Of a DNA stretch of 60,853 nt, positions 30,101-41,800 are shown piece by piece. The DNA is from a virus (Duplodnaviria; Caudoviricetes). The notes beneath the pieces are model-generated. The model worked only from the letters and a program-made list of their open reading frames with translations. It ran no database searches and had not been told where the DNA came from. The position numbers were made by a program, and so were the translations under genes. The stretch covers positions 1-60,853 of IMG/VR virus record IMGVR_UViG_3300034375_004361. One strand, 5' to 3'. How positions within the stretch are numbered: the stretch's first letter is position 1; each line of letters starts with the position of its first letter.

Positions 30101-32582
30101 TAACGACCACGAAGGATTCAAAAGAGGTGAGGTCGAGTTGGGTACAGATTTCTTCAGTCAAAAGTGTGTCATTGAAATCCTTAGACCAAAGAAGGCCGTC
30201 GAAGAGCCTGTGTACTACGAGATTGGGGAGTCATACCCTATTGTGACTGTTGCCAACAGAAGGACTCATGGAGGAGACAGGGTGAACACAGGCATCAGCG
30301 GACTTCAGTGTACTGTACTTAATTCAAACAACTTTGAATCGGCCCATCGTTTTTACATTGGGGACAAGGTTGTGTTTCATGACTCTGACGACTCTCAAGC
30401 CGAGGCGAATGGGAATGGATTTGCATTTGTTGCAGGTGTAGCACCACTCGGCAATAAGTTTAGGTACTTCGTATCCTCTACAAATCCATTTGTCCCAGCT
30501 TCGTTTGGACTAGACTTTGACAGCTGTTCTGTAGACTCCGCGCCTGATTCATCAAACGGAACGTTTGTAGGCGTAGTGACGTTGAACGATGGAGACGTTT
30601 ATCTCAAGCAAAGAGAAATGCTTGTGAATGAAAGAAGCAACTACGAGCCACTGGCTACCTCAGTTGCTACTAGAAGATACAACCCAACCTCTCCAAGAAA
30701 ACAAGCTTACGACATCATGCATGTGGAGTCAGAGAGAGCTAGTGACTTCTTTGATAGTAGCGGAAAGTCTCTTGGTCGTACACATATTGAAACGCCTGAC
30801 CAAGAAAAAATAACACGGTACTCTTCAATTACCTACAGCGACCCATTGTCGTTTGATTCGACTCAACTTCATCTTTCATCCTTCAATCCAAGCAAGTTCC
30901 CGTACAAGGACATGCCCGCTCAATATGGTGGGGTTACTGCGATTGAAGATGGTAATGAGTCGTTGACAGTGTTGCAGCAGAGCAAAGTATCCTTTGTGCC
31001 CATCAACAGAAACGTTGTGAAGATGGGGGAGGACAGCAGTCTCGTTACATCCACAGACGTGATGGGAACAGCTACCTTCTTGGCTGGGTCATACGGTCCT
31101 GGGGATTGCCCCGAGGGTGTCTTGAATAGGTTTGGAGTAATCTACTTCTCTGACCCTAATAGCGGTGTAGTTTGTTCTGTGAGCAGCAAGGGTGTTCTGC
31201 CAATTAGCACGGCTAAGATGGAGTCTTATTTTGAAAAGACTCTGTGTGATTTGAGTAACGCTGTGCCTAGACCAAGAATCCCAGCAGGTTTCGACCCAGA
31301 GAACTCAGAGCTTGTCATTACCACAGAGCCCATTGACTTTGTAAAGATTGTCATTGACAGTGTGACTATTGGATATGCCGAGGCAGCTCCTGCAGCGGCA
31401 GACCAAGATGACGTTTTTGTATCCCCTGTTTTTGGAAACGCTCTTTTGATGCGTTGGGACAACGACCCTCTGCTTTGGAATGAATCGAGTGCTTTTTCAG
31501 GAACCTGTATCCCTAAGTGGGATGACGCTCATCAAGGAGTTGTTTACCTCGACAGAATAAACGACGTGAACGGATGTTACATTCATCCAGAGTTTCAAGA
31601 AAATCAAACCAATACAGCGCTGCGTGTAGAGGTTATAGATGAGAACAGACTTTACAGAGGTAGTGCTCACCTGTCTTTGAGAGATAACTCAATTACTTTT
31701 TGCGACAACGTCGCTGAGACAGATGCAGATGGAGGAAGTCAAGCTCTTTCTATTACAAGCGTAGTAGACCCAGGGAATGCTACTATTGCATGGAGCCCAA
31801 CGTCTGAGAAGTGGTTGACATTCTATTCGTTTGTTCCAGAGATGTACGCCAACATTCAGAACAAATTCTTTTCGTTCAAGGATGGTCAGATGTGGTTCCA
31901 CAACAAGAACACTGCAAGGAACAATTTCTATGGTACTGGATATGACTCAAAGATTGAGATTATCTCTAAGGGTAACCCCAGTAGTGTAAAGGGTTACAAG
32001 GCAATCAGTCTTGAAGGCGACTCCAAGTGGAAAGCAACTCTGAGCAATGACAAGCACAGAGCTGCTGTAATTCAAGCTGACCACTTCAACGAAAAGGAAG
32101 GCATGTATTATGCCAATGTTCCCAGAGTCAACGATGACAATGTGAATAACGCAAACGAGTTTGAGTTGGCGTCTAGCTCATTCCGAGTTATCGGGACAGT
32201 CGAGTCAGTAGACGGAGACAACAATAAGCTCACATTCACCACGTTTGTAAACGACAGCCCTGTGATAACTGGCTCTGGTGTATTGTATAGAATCAGAAGC
32301 ACTGACACAAACTGGACTGCTGTTGGCAGTGGCGTAAAGATTACTGGCGTTGATGACAGGGACACCTTGAACACTAACGTCAGCGCTCGCGACATTATTG
32401 AACCAGGCGATATCCTCGCAAATGCTTACGGCTCTGGTGTTAGTGGAGACATGCTCAGAGGGTACTATGCAAAGGTCAAGCTGGAGAATAACGGCAGCAC
32501 ACCCAATGAGTTATATGCTGTAAACCTTGTGTATGACCCGTCCTCTCTGCACAACGACGGAGGCCAACCTAATAATCAGTAA
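27108..32582 (+). CDS. Large tail stabilization/nozzle protein (P22 gp10-like), 1824 aa
   Basis: LN.DDDER....E.VDALNIRV, LYFTDN.NEPRKIN, FQFAYQYVY.DGE.SA.SP, FGVVYYD, WLTFYSF, EKEG.YYA. Confidence 0.75.
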   Translation: MAIDKLTPQYLNQDDDERIIQPFEMVDALNIRVSHEEDGDAGVIKNVEGNSTVAAKSSSDTIPSTGLNKVIGAVSSEAYRAVYFFLYNGAGNHGIYKYTARPTSEGGDAYQKVYQSSDLNFGLKTYVSADIIVNQQGEHLLYFTDNRNEPRKINATKALSNIYPTEFNTGTAAQKELFLTVCKAPPVTAPTHEFKNNDAIERNQLSNKLFQFAYQYVYDDGEISALSPYSKIAVSPNHLAFNSAQRELFNGLNNEIEITVKCTVGPVEKIRVFAREGQTGFFHRIAEIDNNRSLDTETVVFRNDGLYSQLDEDSANKPFDAVPRKALAQTFSNSRLFYGNYLEGFDNLSRVSSIQYPVYNVELLPSTIPSAPRTTYNTGPFFGDLVNTDTEYIQTGLAVGGLFENLSQGNLFEIPEIGQLPVPTGNFEDVQQSFSGKPVGFKIDTSEIPSAGLAVASKLLLSYTVSGDSIGIANISEYTTADVAHNYERNAFDIDIKLFKDNTVVSGAPDKISVLNPASHSRRNSSGTYVGGVENRERVGSLNNLQIQGGFDINAEISVPAGTDKDGIIELIVGAMNALDPVVVGVRSTKTNSSDIELASLLGLTNTNHILSAVNTNSVLLGEDISNNVYQAHDETTNEFNSWIFIDWDGAFTMTSDAFYSASNDAVLVRFQTSQVDLVAVGAASGLVGLSQSHWSPANFTSGYVYTSTEVQCEIHTGDVSSNVGGHPFRDFDSSDTTYATTIRNMSVAGTGLLVPEDSDVNENKSFKTGATHEFGVVYYDHRNRSGGVQKLGSVDVVPFGNIKRGGRNGRTQIDLRIMHEPPEWATRWAPVYSSNTSYESFLQFTVSEALLPNLTLFRDILSPAGVDNVSGDDVSDSLANSRLINSSLGGDIRSAIFLSMRPLEGKNNSYKEFKGGELSYQYQEGDILRVVSYESPDGQTIFPQSKEFKITGYNYFVDDESNPLEVSRPSENTPEEAESEKKDDIYRRTGWFLSVRDNDHEGFKRGEVELGTDFFSQKCVIEILRPKKAVEEPVYYEIGESYPIVTVANRRTHGGDRVNTGISGLQCTVLNSNNFESAHRFYIGDKVVFHDSDDSQAEANGNGFAFVAGVAPLGNKFRYFVSSTNPFVPASFGLDFDSCSVDSAPDSSNGTFVGVVTLNDGDVYLKQREMLVNERSNYEPLATSVATRRYNPTSPRKQAYDIMHVESERASDFFDSSGKSLGRTHIETPDQEKITRYSSITYSDPLSFDSTQLHLSSFNPSKFPYKDMPAQYGGVTAIEDGNESLTVLQQSKVSFVPINRNVVKMGEDSSLVTSTDVMGTATFLAGSYGPGDCPEGVLNRFGVIYFSDPNSGVVCSVSSKGVLPISTAKMESYFEKTLCDLSNAVPRPRIPAGFDPENSELVITTEPIDFVKIVIDSVTIGYAEAAPAAADQDDVFVSPVFGNALLMRWDNDPLLWNESSAFSGTCIPKWDDAHQGVVYLDRINDVNGCYIHPEFQENQTNTALRVEVIDENRLYRGSAHLSLRDNSITFCDNVAETDADGGSQALSITSVVDPGNATIAWSPTSEKWLTFYSFVPEMYANIQNKFFSFKDGQMWFHNKNTARNNFYGTGYDSKIEIISKGNPSSVKGYKAISLEGDSKWKATLSNDKHRAAVIQADHFNEKEGMYYANVPRVNDDNVNNANEFELASSSFRVIGTVESVDGDNNKLTFTTFVNDSPVITGSGVLYRIRSTDTNWTAVGSGVKITGVDDRDTLNTNVSARDIIEPGDILANAYGSGVSGDMLRGYYAKVKLENNGSTPNELYAVNLVYDPSSLHNDGGQPNNQ

Positions 32583-32591
32583 ATTAGCATC

Positions 32592-33764
32592 ATGTCTTAC
32601 CTCAACCAATTCAAGCTGCCTGACGGTATTAACGACCCTAACGCAGCACCAGGCATAACAACGCCGCAATCTGCAGGTCAGTACAGTCAAGCTGAGTTGG
32701 ATGCAGCTAAGGCTAATGCTGCGGCGCAAGCAAACCTTGATGCAAGAATGGCACAGGGATACGGCGCGACAAGTCCCATGCAGACTGCGGGTTCAGACAT
32801 GTTCTTGGCGGGTCAAGGTATGCAGGCATCTGGTCTTGTTGGCGTGCTTGGAGGGGCATACGATATTTACCAGGGTATTCAAAATATGAATACCGCTCGT
32901 GATTCTGTTGCTAAGTATCAAGGGAAGCTTGATGACCTTCAGGCAAATCAACCGTCTTTGGCAACGCCATCACAATACTACGAGATGGCGAAGAACGCAT
33001 ACGACTCTAGGCTTATGCAAATGAGGGTTGATGACATCAATAGGGGGCTTGCTAATACTACGGCAGCAGCATCACAGTTTGGCTCTAGAGGTCTTGGTGC
33101 TTTGGCTGGTGCTACGCAATCAGCAAACAGAGCTCAACAGGAAGAAGTTCTTAGACAGCAACAAATGCAGACTGCAGCCATGGGTCAGCTGGCTGACGCT
33201 AGAATGCAGAGTCAACAAATGCAATTACAGCAAAACCAGTTCAACCAAAACATGAGCTTCGAGCAGCTGTCAATGGCTAATCAACAGTTGGCTGGGGCTC
33301 AAGAACAAATTGGTGCTGGTGTTGGTGCAGCCGTTGGCGGGCTTGGAAACCTTTCTATGGCTGGTCAGGTGATGGATATGGGAACTGACATGCTTGGCAT
33401 GAAAAACGCAGAAAGCGTTACTGGCCCAGACATTCCTAAAGACGAAATGACTCTTCGACAGCTGCGCAAGAGTGGTGCCCAGAAGCTTCCGCTATCTCAG
33501 CGAGGGGCCATCTTTGGTCGCGGCGCATACTTTAACGAAGACGGGGGTAAGATTCAAAAGACACCAGGTAAGTTTTCTCATGAAGAGAACGAGATGGCTG
33601 TCATTACAGAGGAGGGTAAAGACACAGGAATCAGAGTTACTGGGGGTGAGTACGTTCTCAACCCAGACCAATCAAAAACAATCAAGAAACTCGTGGAAGC
33701 AGGCGACAAGGATGCCTTGATGAAGTTCATGGACGACTTGCTCGACGAACCACAATTCGCATAA
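32592..33764 (+). CDS. Putative ejection (internal virion) protein 1
   Basis: Ala/Gln/Gly-rich helical, Gly-rich hydrophobic segments; C-terminal DGGKI..TPG.FSH..N...GGEYVLNP. Confidence 0.65.
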   Translation: MSYLNQFKLPDGINDPNAAPGITTPQSAGQYSQAELDAAKANAAAQANLDARMAQGYGATSPMQTAGSDMFLAGQGMQASGLVGVLGGAYDIYQGIQNMNTARDSVAKYQGKLDDLQANQPSLATPSQYYEMAKNAYDSRLMQMRVDDINRGLANTTAAASQFGSRGLGALAGATQSANRAQQEEVLRQQQMQTAAMGQLADARMQSQQMQLQQNQFNQNMSFEQLSMANQQLAGAQEQIGAGVGAAVGGLGNLSMAGQVMDMGTDMLGMKNAESVTGPDIPKDEMTLRQLRKSGAQKLPLSQRGAIFGRGAYFNEDGGKIQKTPGKFSHEENEMAVITEEGKDTGIRVTGGEYVLNPDQSKTIKKLVEAGDKDALMKFMDDLLDEPQFA

Positions 33765-33765
33765 G

Positions 33766-35787
33766 ATGGCTAAGAAGTACGCATCGGATTACGCACGGGA
33801 TATTGGAGCTCAGATTCAGGGTAATGTTTCTCAGGTCATTGCACTGAAGCAAAAGGCCAGAGCAGAGGAAGCTGAGGCAAAGAGGTATGCAGAACAGCAG
33901 GCTAGGCTTGACCGTCAGGAAGCTGCGGCGTTGAGAAAGGAAGCGCGTCAAATTGAAATCGACAAGCTCAATCGCGAGAACCTTGAGTTTGAAAGACAGT
34001 TCAAGATTTCTGCAGAGGAGCGTGCTGTTAAAGCTGATGAGAGAGCTGACCGAGCAGCAGACAGAGCTGACGAACAGTTTGAGTTTCAGAAAGATGAAGC
34101 CGAAGACAGAAAGACTCAGAAGTATCTGCAGCGCCGTGGCGTAGACAAAATCGCTACCTCTGTATTAGACCCAAGCATTATTGATGCAAGAGATTCTCAA
34201 GCCATGGATTTGGCTTGGAAAGAATATGAAGCTGCTGGGGCTAATCTCGAAGCCAACGTTGGTGACCCTGCTGCAGAAGCAAGATGGGCTCAGGCTCAAA
34301 GACAATGGACGCAGGTTTCTGGAGTCTCAGAAGGTAGGAGCAAAAGAAACCAAGAGACGTTTCAAGGTGTTCAGACTGGTGGGTTCGACAACCTGTCTAC
34401 AGATATTACCACAGAGCAAGAGCGTTGGGCTAACTACAACCTGACCCCTAAGCTTGATGAGAATGGTGAGGTCGTTCGTGATGCGAATGGCGAGCCTGTT
34501 ATGGTAGAACCAAGCTTCTTTATGCAGGAAGGCGTTCTCATGGTTGGAGAAGAAGGTAGCGCTAATGCTGTCCCTTGGACCGATAGCAGATACGCAGACG
34601 CTTCAGATGTATACACACCATTGTTGGTAGCAAAGGAGACCGCGTTCAACTCGACAGACTACGCAAACACCGTTGCTGAAGAAACCTTTGACCCTAGCAA
34701 GATGCGAGCCTTTACGGTTCTTGATGAAGAGACAAAGCTTGGCACGGGTGAACTAGATATCGAAGCTTTTGATGGGGCTATGACTGACCGAGCGCGGACA
34801 GATTTTAATCAGAACGTTCACCTACGCAATCAGATTGCTCTTGAGCAGTACAATGAGGACACCCCAGGAAAGGATTACCTCGATTCAGATGACCAGAGGA
34901 AAGCTCTTGAGAAGTACAACCCAGAAGCTGCCAACGTTAAGTTTGGAAATGACCAGACCCCTGCAATCTACGGGGAGTACAAGAATGGTGAGTGGGAGTT
35001 TGCTGTGACCGATGCCGACATTGAAGATAGTAACCTCACTAGGGAAGAAAAGGACGCTGTTAAAGAGTACAGAAAGGCCTACAAGAACTACGCTGACAAG
35101 GAGTCAGCCAATGTGCAGTCTAAGATTATCCCTATTGACGAGAGACCTCAGATTGAATCAGAACGTCAAAGAAGAGAAGAGCTTGAACAAAGAAGGAGGG
35201 ATGCTCAGAATGCAGCTACTACAAGCACGTCTAGCGGACCCACCGCGCCAACCTTTACGGCACTTACAACAACACCATCCACTACCGCACCAGACGGTAG
35301 CACCGTTGCTGGTGTTCCTACATTCAACTTCCCAGGAAACGAGACCGTAACTATTCCAGGAACAGAATTTGGATTCAGCAAGGTTGCTGTTCAGGGTGTA
35401 GAGCTCGACCCCGCTACAGGAGAAGTCGCAGCATACACCCTCACTGTCCCTAACGACATTATGACGGCAGCGATGAACCAAGCTGGTGCCGACCCTGATG
35501 CCCGAGCTCAAGTTCAAAACTTGTTCGATGACGCTGTTTCAACGAAGATTACTCCTGACAACCCGTTGTTTGCCAGCATTAGCAACGACATGCGTAACAC
35601 GACGTCGGGCTCTAGCCGCCGCCCTGGACCTCAGGCAAGAATTGAGCAGGCTCAAAACGAGATTTCTATCTTCAACTACTTTGCAGAACAGGGCATGCTT
35701 GGTATGTACGGTGTCGACAGTATTGATGAGTTGACACCTGAGACAATGAGACAGATGGCAGAGGACTACGAAGCCGCTGGTCAGTAA
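33766..35787 (+). CDS. Putative ejection protein 2
   Basis: Charged coiled-coil N-terminus; middle gene of three increasing in size after tail genes. Confidence 0.6.
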   Translation: MAKKYASDYARDIGAQIQGNVSQVIALKQKARAEEAEAKRYAEQQARLDRQEAAALRKEARQIEIDKLNRENLEFERQFKISAEERAVKADERADRAADRADEQFEFQKDEAEDRKTQKYLQRRGVDKIATSVLDPSIIDARDSQAMDLAWKEYEAAGANLEANVGDPAAEARWAQAQRQWTQVSGVSEGRSKRNQETFQGVQTGGFDNLSTDITTEQERWANYNLTPKLDENGEVVRDANGEPVMVEPSFFMQEGVLMVGEEGSANAVPWTDSRYADASDVYTPLLVAKETAFNSTDYANTVAEETFDPSKMRAFTVLDEETKLGTGELDIEAFDGAMTDRARTDFNQNVHLRNQIALEQYNEDTPGKDYLDSDDQRKALEKYNPEAANVKFGNDQTPAIYGEYKNGEWEFAVTDADIEDSNLTREEKDAVKEYRKAYKNYADKESANVQSKIIPIDERPQIESERQRREELEQRRRDAQNAATTSTSSGPTAPTFTALTTTPSTTAPDGSTVAGVPTFNFPGNETVTIPGTEFGFSKVAVQGVELDPATGEVAAYTLTVPNDIMTAAMNQAGADPDARAQVQNLFDDAVSTKITPDNPLFASISNDMRNTTSGSSRRPGPQARIEQAQNEISIFNYFAEQGMLGMYGVDSIDELTPETMRQMAEDYEAAGQ

Positions 35788-35816
35788 GGAACTTTTAAGT
35801 TGGTATATTTGTCTCT

Positions 35817-38800
35817 ATGGAGACAAAGGAACAATTCCTTGCACGTTACCAAGCGGCTGTAGATGCTGGCGCATCAGAGGCTGAACTGCAAGCAATGCGT
35901 CGCGAGAGACTCGCGCAAGTCAGACGACAACAAGAAGAAGACGCTCGCCTTCAGCAAGAAGAAGCTGAGCGAAAAAAAAAAGAGCAAGAAGAGGCCGAGC
36001 GTTTACGTTTGGAGCAAGCTTCGGAGGTGGATTTTGGGGAGTCTACCTTGGCGTCTCCAGCTCAAGCGCCAGAACCACGGAGTGGAGATTCGGATTCTCC
36101 TCCCGTAGTATTTAACCCCCACCAGAACTACGAGTTTCAGGGCAGGCAAATTCCAGGCGCCGATGCCCAGATGGTGTACGATTACGGACAGGCCTATGAG
36201 TCAAACCGTAACAAGTGGATTGAGGAGAACTTTGACATCTTCCAATACTATGATTCCAAAGGCTTAGATACATCTAGGCTGGAGCAAATGTCTCAAGACG
36301 AGCTAGAGCAAGAAAGGCTCTCGATGATTGAGGCTCTTGAGTACGGTGTCCAAAACAACACCGAAGATGGCCTGTTGGAGTTTGCCCGAGGATTGCCTGA
36401 TGCACCGCAACCAGACACTTTCGACCAACTGTTTAATATCCCAGCCAGAGCAATCTATTCTGGAAGGGATAAAGGATTTTACGCTCCAAATTTTGAGCCC
36501 GAAGAGGGCTCCACTCTTGAAGAGCGAGAACAGCAATACAAGGATTTCGTTCTAGACCTTGAGAGAAAGTCTGCAAGCAACGAGATATTCTCTTATATCA
36601 ACGGACAGATTGAGCCTGATGCTTCATCGCAATTCCAGGAAACGTTAGGCTCTGACCTCACATTAGAACAAAGGCGTTCTATTGAGCAAAACCTTTACAG
36701 AAACTACGACATTGCCACTGACCTTACTGGTGAGGGATACGTCAACGAGTCTGGTCAAGGATGGCTTGGTGTAACAGACGTGTTTTCCCCTGGATTCAGG
36801 AAGAGTTCCTTGAGCATGTGGGACGGTGTTGCTACCGCAGTGGAGAATGCACTAGGAGGAAACGAGGAGGACCAAACAGCACGGAGAGAACGTATCGAAG
36901 AAATCCGTAAGGAGATGGCGGTGTCCAATAAATCTCTTGAGGAGAAGCTTTTAGAAGGAGATGTCGGAGGATTTTTCTCTGACAGTATTGGTATGCTCGG
37001 GGCTTCAGCCCCTTTGATGGGTGCTGCAATGCTTACTGGTGCGGTAAGTCGTGGTAATGTGCGGGCTGTTGGTAGTGTTACATCCCTCCTAGGTGGGGCA
37101 ACAGTTTACTCAGAAAACAAAGACACTGATTGGTTTAAGAACTTGAGCGATGCTCAAGCACTTGGGTTTGTGGTTAGCAGTGGTGTGGCCGAGGGACTGC
37201 CCGCAGCTGTGGGTTCTCAAATCTTTGCTGGAAAAACTATTGCTGGCGCAATTTTTAAGAACATTGTCACAGAGGGTGCCGAGCAATCATTCAAGCAGTG
37301 GACAAAGGGTCTCTTGATTGGTGCAGGCTTGGGCGCTGTTGAGGAAGGTATCACAGAGGGGGTTACCGCAGGCTGGCAGTATACCTCTAGAATCAATGCT
37401 CAACGCGCAGGGGGCGAAGCTGTCAAGTGGGATTACGACGAGTTCTGGAGGCAAACGCGGGAGGGTGCTCTCGCGGGTATGTCTATGGGTGCTACAATGG
37501 CAAGCTCTGGTGACGTTGCTAGAACTGTAGCAAGCAAGGGAATAGACCTTATCAAAACAACAGCGGTAATCAAGGAGTTGCAGCAGTCGTTTACTCAAGC
37601 GGAGAGCAAGCAAGAAAGAGCTGCAATCGGAAAGAGGATTGTTGAAGCTGTTAGTGCCTTCAGCAAGCTTAGCGAAAAGCGGGTTGCCTTGATGGAGGAG
37701 TTGGAGCAATCTAACCCCGAAGCCTACAAGCGTCTTGTTGAGATTCACAACAGGGTTGAGGTTCTTGCAGAGAAGTACACACGAGCTGACCGTACTGCAA
37801 GAGCAGGAATTACCAAGGAGGTTCGCAAGCTCCTCGACGAAAGGGGAACTATTGAAGGTGAAATGGACGCCATCTTTGAGACAGACGGCAAGGTTGAGTC
37901 TCAACTTCTAGCAAGGGCAGCTCGTAAGGCTGGTAAGCGCAGAAGTAATTATGGTGGTTTGTTTGAAGACGGTAGAGGAAAGGTCACCGTCAGCTCGGAA
38001 AACTTTGGTTCAGTATCTAAGATTCTTTCTAAGCTTACAGAATTTGATGTGAGCCCATTCACTACCGTAACACAGGACGGCAAAGAGCGTCAGGTAACTA
38101 CTGGTGCTCGTATTGTCAAGGGTGTTCAGAACGCCATGAACGTCGTCAAGGCGATGTCTTCTCTTGGAGACTTTCAGTTTGAAATCTACAAGGACTTTGA
38201 CACTATGGTCGAAGACCTCATGGAGATGGAAACGAAAGACCCAGAGACTGGTGAGGTAAGAAAGATGAACCGTGAGGAGGCTGCGAACATGGTTGCTCGT
38301 GGCTTGTACATTGGTCAAGGAAAAGCCAAGCTGTTTCTTCCTGGAATGCTTGAGAACACAGCTTACCACGAGGGGTATCACGACTTCGTCATCCAAAGCC
38401 TTGGTACTCAGGCTGCTGTTGGTCTCGCAAAGAAGCTTTTCCAAGCCCTGCCAGACAACCTGAAGCAACGCTACGGAAACTTCCTCAAGGATTACGGAGA
38501 TGGAACTGGAGACCTTACTGGAACCCTCCGCAATAAGAACGTAAACAAGGGTGTTAAGGTCGAGTCTGCCGATGAGTTCTTGATGGAGTTCTTGGCTGAC
38601 CTCAGTGCTGGTAATATCAGCGTTGACATCCAGAAGAGCGCCATCAGAAAGTTCATGGAGTTCTTGTCACCGCATCTCGGGAGGATTGGGGTGAGAGATA
38701 TCCCATCTGCTAAGATTGAAGACGTTGTATCTGCGGTCAACAGATTGACTTCAGATGTTAGAGAAGGTCGCCGCATCGACTCTATCGAACAGCTCAAAGC

Positions 38801-41800
38801 TGCTACCATCAGAGCCAACTATGCAGGGATTGCTATGAAGGCTGGCATCATTTCAGATGACGATGCAGAAGACGGGTTTGATGAAACCAAGAAGCAGGCC
38901 ATGGAGTCTGGTGGCAACAAGATTTTTGCTACTGTAGTATTTAAGGTAAGCTTGAGCGGCAAGGCTAACTGGCCCGTCAAGAAAGTGTTTGAGAACCAAG
39001 CACACCTCGACAACTTCGTGTCCTACATGGAGCGTAATCGCGGGTGGAAGTTTGATGAGCTGTATGTCCACGAAGGTGAGTACAACTCTGAAACCAGACA
39101 GGCCACAAGACAGAAGTCTGAGCCTATTAGAGAGACGAGAGACGCGACAAGCATTGACATCATTGATGCTTCAGATGCAAAGGGCATCAGCTTCTTCGCT
39201 CGCTCTATGGACAGAGCCATGAAGATGATGGCTGAGCGTGGCATTAACATTGGTTTGCAAGTCACCCAGCTTTCAGAAGAGGACGTACAGAAAATCGTAG
39301 ACGAGGGTGGTACAATCTTCATGACATCAGACTACGGTGCTGGAGGCTACATCACCAAGGAGGGATACGTTGGCGGCATCTTCAAGAACCCTGACTCTGT
39401 ATTCAAGAGAATCACCAAACCCATGTTCGCATGGATGGAAGCTTGGGCGGCAGAGAGAGACCTTGAGATTTTCTTTGATGCATTTGCTACAGAACTTGAG
39501 GACATCTACATCGGACTCGGATATAAGCCAGTAGGAAGAACCTCGTTCAACAGGGAGTACGCTCCAGATGGATGGGATGCAGAGAACTCACCTCTGCTTG
39601 ACGAGCCTGACGTGGTGTTCTTTACCAAGGGTGAGGGTAGCAAGGGCGAAGGCGTTAGATACGACGACTATATGGAGGCCTATGACGTGGTAAGCAATAG
39701 CGTCAAGAAGCCCAAGGCACAATCCTTGCCCAACCCTGAGCTAGAGCAGAACGCTCCCGTTCCATTCCAGCAAGCAGCGAACGTTAGCGAAGCTCAGATG
39801 GCTGAGCGCCGCAAGGAGATTAAGCTGCCAGAGTCTCAGAGACAGACACGTAATGCTGTTGTATTGGACGTGCTCAACAAGTACGAGCTTGGAGAAATCA
39901 CACAGGAGGATTACTTGCGTGCGGTCAGGGAAAACATGCCCATCAAACCATTTGAGACCGTACCAGAAATCCCAACAGTTCTCGACGTCGCTTCTTCGCT
40001 TACCTCAGACAAAGTCACTAAGGGAATCATTGGGGTAAACAAGGAGTTGCCCGACGGATACTACGTGGGCCTTCGTCTCGACATCCCTGCCTACGACACC
40101 TACGACACATGGGTAGTGTCTGTACACCAGGGTAAAAGAGCTGAAGAGAGAACACCATTCTTGGGTGGCAAGGCTATCGGATACGGTCAGACAGCGGTAA
40201 TTACAAACGCAACGTTTGACTCTACACCTATGGCTTCCCTCAACATTGCAAGGGGCAAGGGTAAGCAGACCATTGCTCGCATGTTCGGTGACTACAAGAA
40301 CGAGTCCCCTGAGTCCGTGTACCAGAGAGCTGTCGATATCATGAATGGGTCAGAATACAACTCTGACTACAAGCAGATTGGTAAGATGGAAGGCTGGATT
40401 CAGGTCGGGATGAACCCGTTCCGTCACAGCTGGTTCTACGACAAGCGAGATGGCAGACCTATCGCCGAATCTTCTGAGGTCATTCAAGTGGGTGCCCTCG
40501 TTCTCGCCAAAGATGCAGTCAAAATTTCTGAGTCCGATGAAAGATTCAATGCGAAAAGCCGCGTTAGTGGGCAGACGATTAAGTTCCAAAGGGTTGGCTC
40601 TCAAGGAGTTGACCCCGTTGCGCTCGTCAAGCCACAACAGCTCGGCATATTCAACCTTGAGTTCAGCGCCACTACAACTCAGATGGATGAGTGGCTTGCC
40701 AGTGGTACTGTAAGAACAGAAGACCTGTCCATGCTCGAAGGACGTGCAGTTCTATCTCACTCACCAGATAACATGATGGTTGGCACAGCAAGTGTCGACG
40801 GTCGGGTGATTGCAAAGAACGGTGGTGGTCTCTTCTACTCTGCAAACACGGGAGACGTGTGGGCGGTGGCTGGCGAATCCGCTGGCAAGAACATGGCGGG
40901 TGAGCTCAACAAGTTGCTCAAGGAGTCCCGAGACGGAAAGGCATACATGCTTCTCATCAGTGGGGGCAGGATGAAGCACAGGAGCTCCACCAACGGCGTT
41001 GTCACATTTGCAAACTTGGGACTTGAGCTAGTCAATCAAGGTGTCTTGACGAAGACTGAGTACAAGAATGCCTTGAAGAAAACCATCGCTCTTACTGAAG
41101 AAAGGTCTATTGCCGCTCAGATTAAGGCTAACGAAACGAAGGTCAAGAAAGGAGGTAAGGCTGACCCTCTCAAGAGGGGAACTGCTAAGCTCAGTAGTAT
41201 GGCTGGTAGCACAGAGGCTTTGATGCAGAGGTTCTTCGAGGAGTTTGCCTCAGCAAAGAAGTCAACCTTTGAGCAGAGGAGGGAGTTTGCGGAAACGTTT
41301 GGAACTGTTCTCGGTGAAGTTGTCAAGGCCAAGGCTAGTCAGGACAGCAAGACCAAGGCAGACATCATTGCCAAGTACGAAAAGATGTTTGATGCCAAGC
41401 CGAACATGCGTCAGTTCGGTTCGTTCCTGAAGAACTTCTTCTTCGATTACTTCCAAGAGAAGGTGCTGCAAGGCGTTGAGCCCAATCAGATTTACGGAGC
41501 CATTGAGATTACCTCTGAGGTAAAGCTTGAGAGAGACCCGAACCCTCTTGCTTCATATCCGCTCAAGTTGGTTAACGTTGACACCAACGCTCCAGCTCCG
41601 AAGACTATTGTGTTCAAGACAATGAATGACGCTATCTCCACACTGGAAAGTAGAGATAGAAACATTGAGCAAAACAACAGACTCGGTGTTGGTGACATGA
41701 AGCTTGACGCCAAGGGCAAGCTTTCCTACATCACCAAGCAAGCATTCCAGATGATGGGAGGCATGGGTCAGGCCACTTGGGGTCGGATGTTTGTCAAGGA

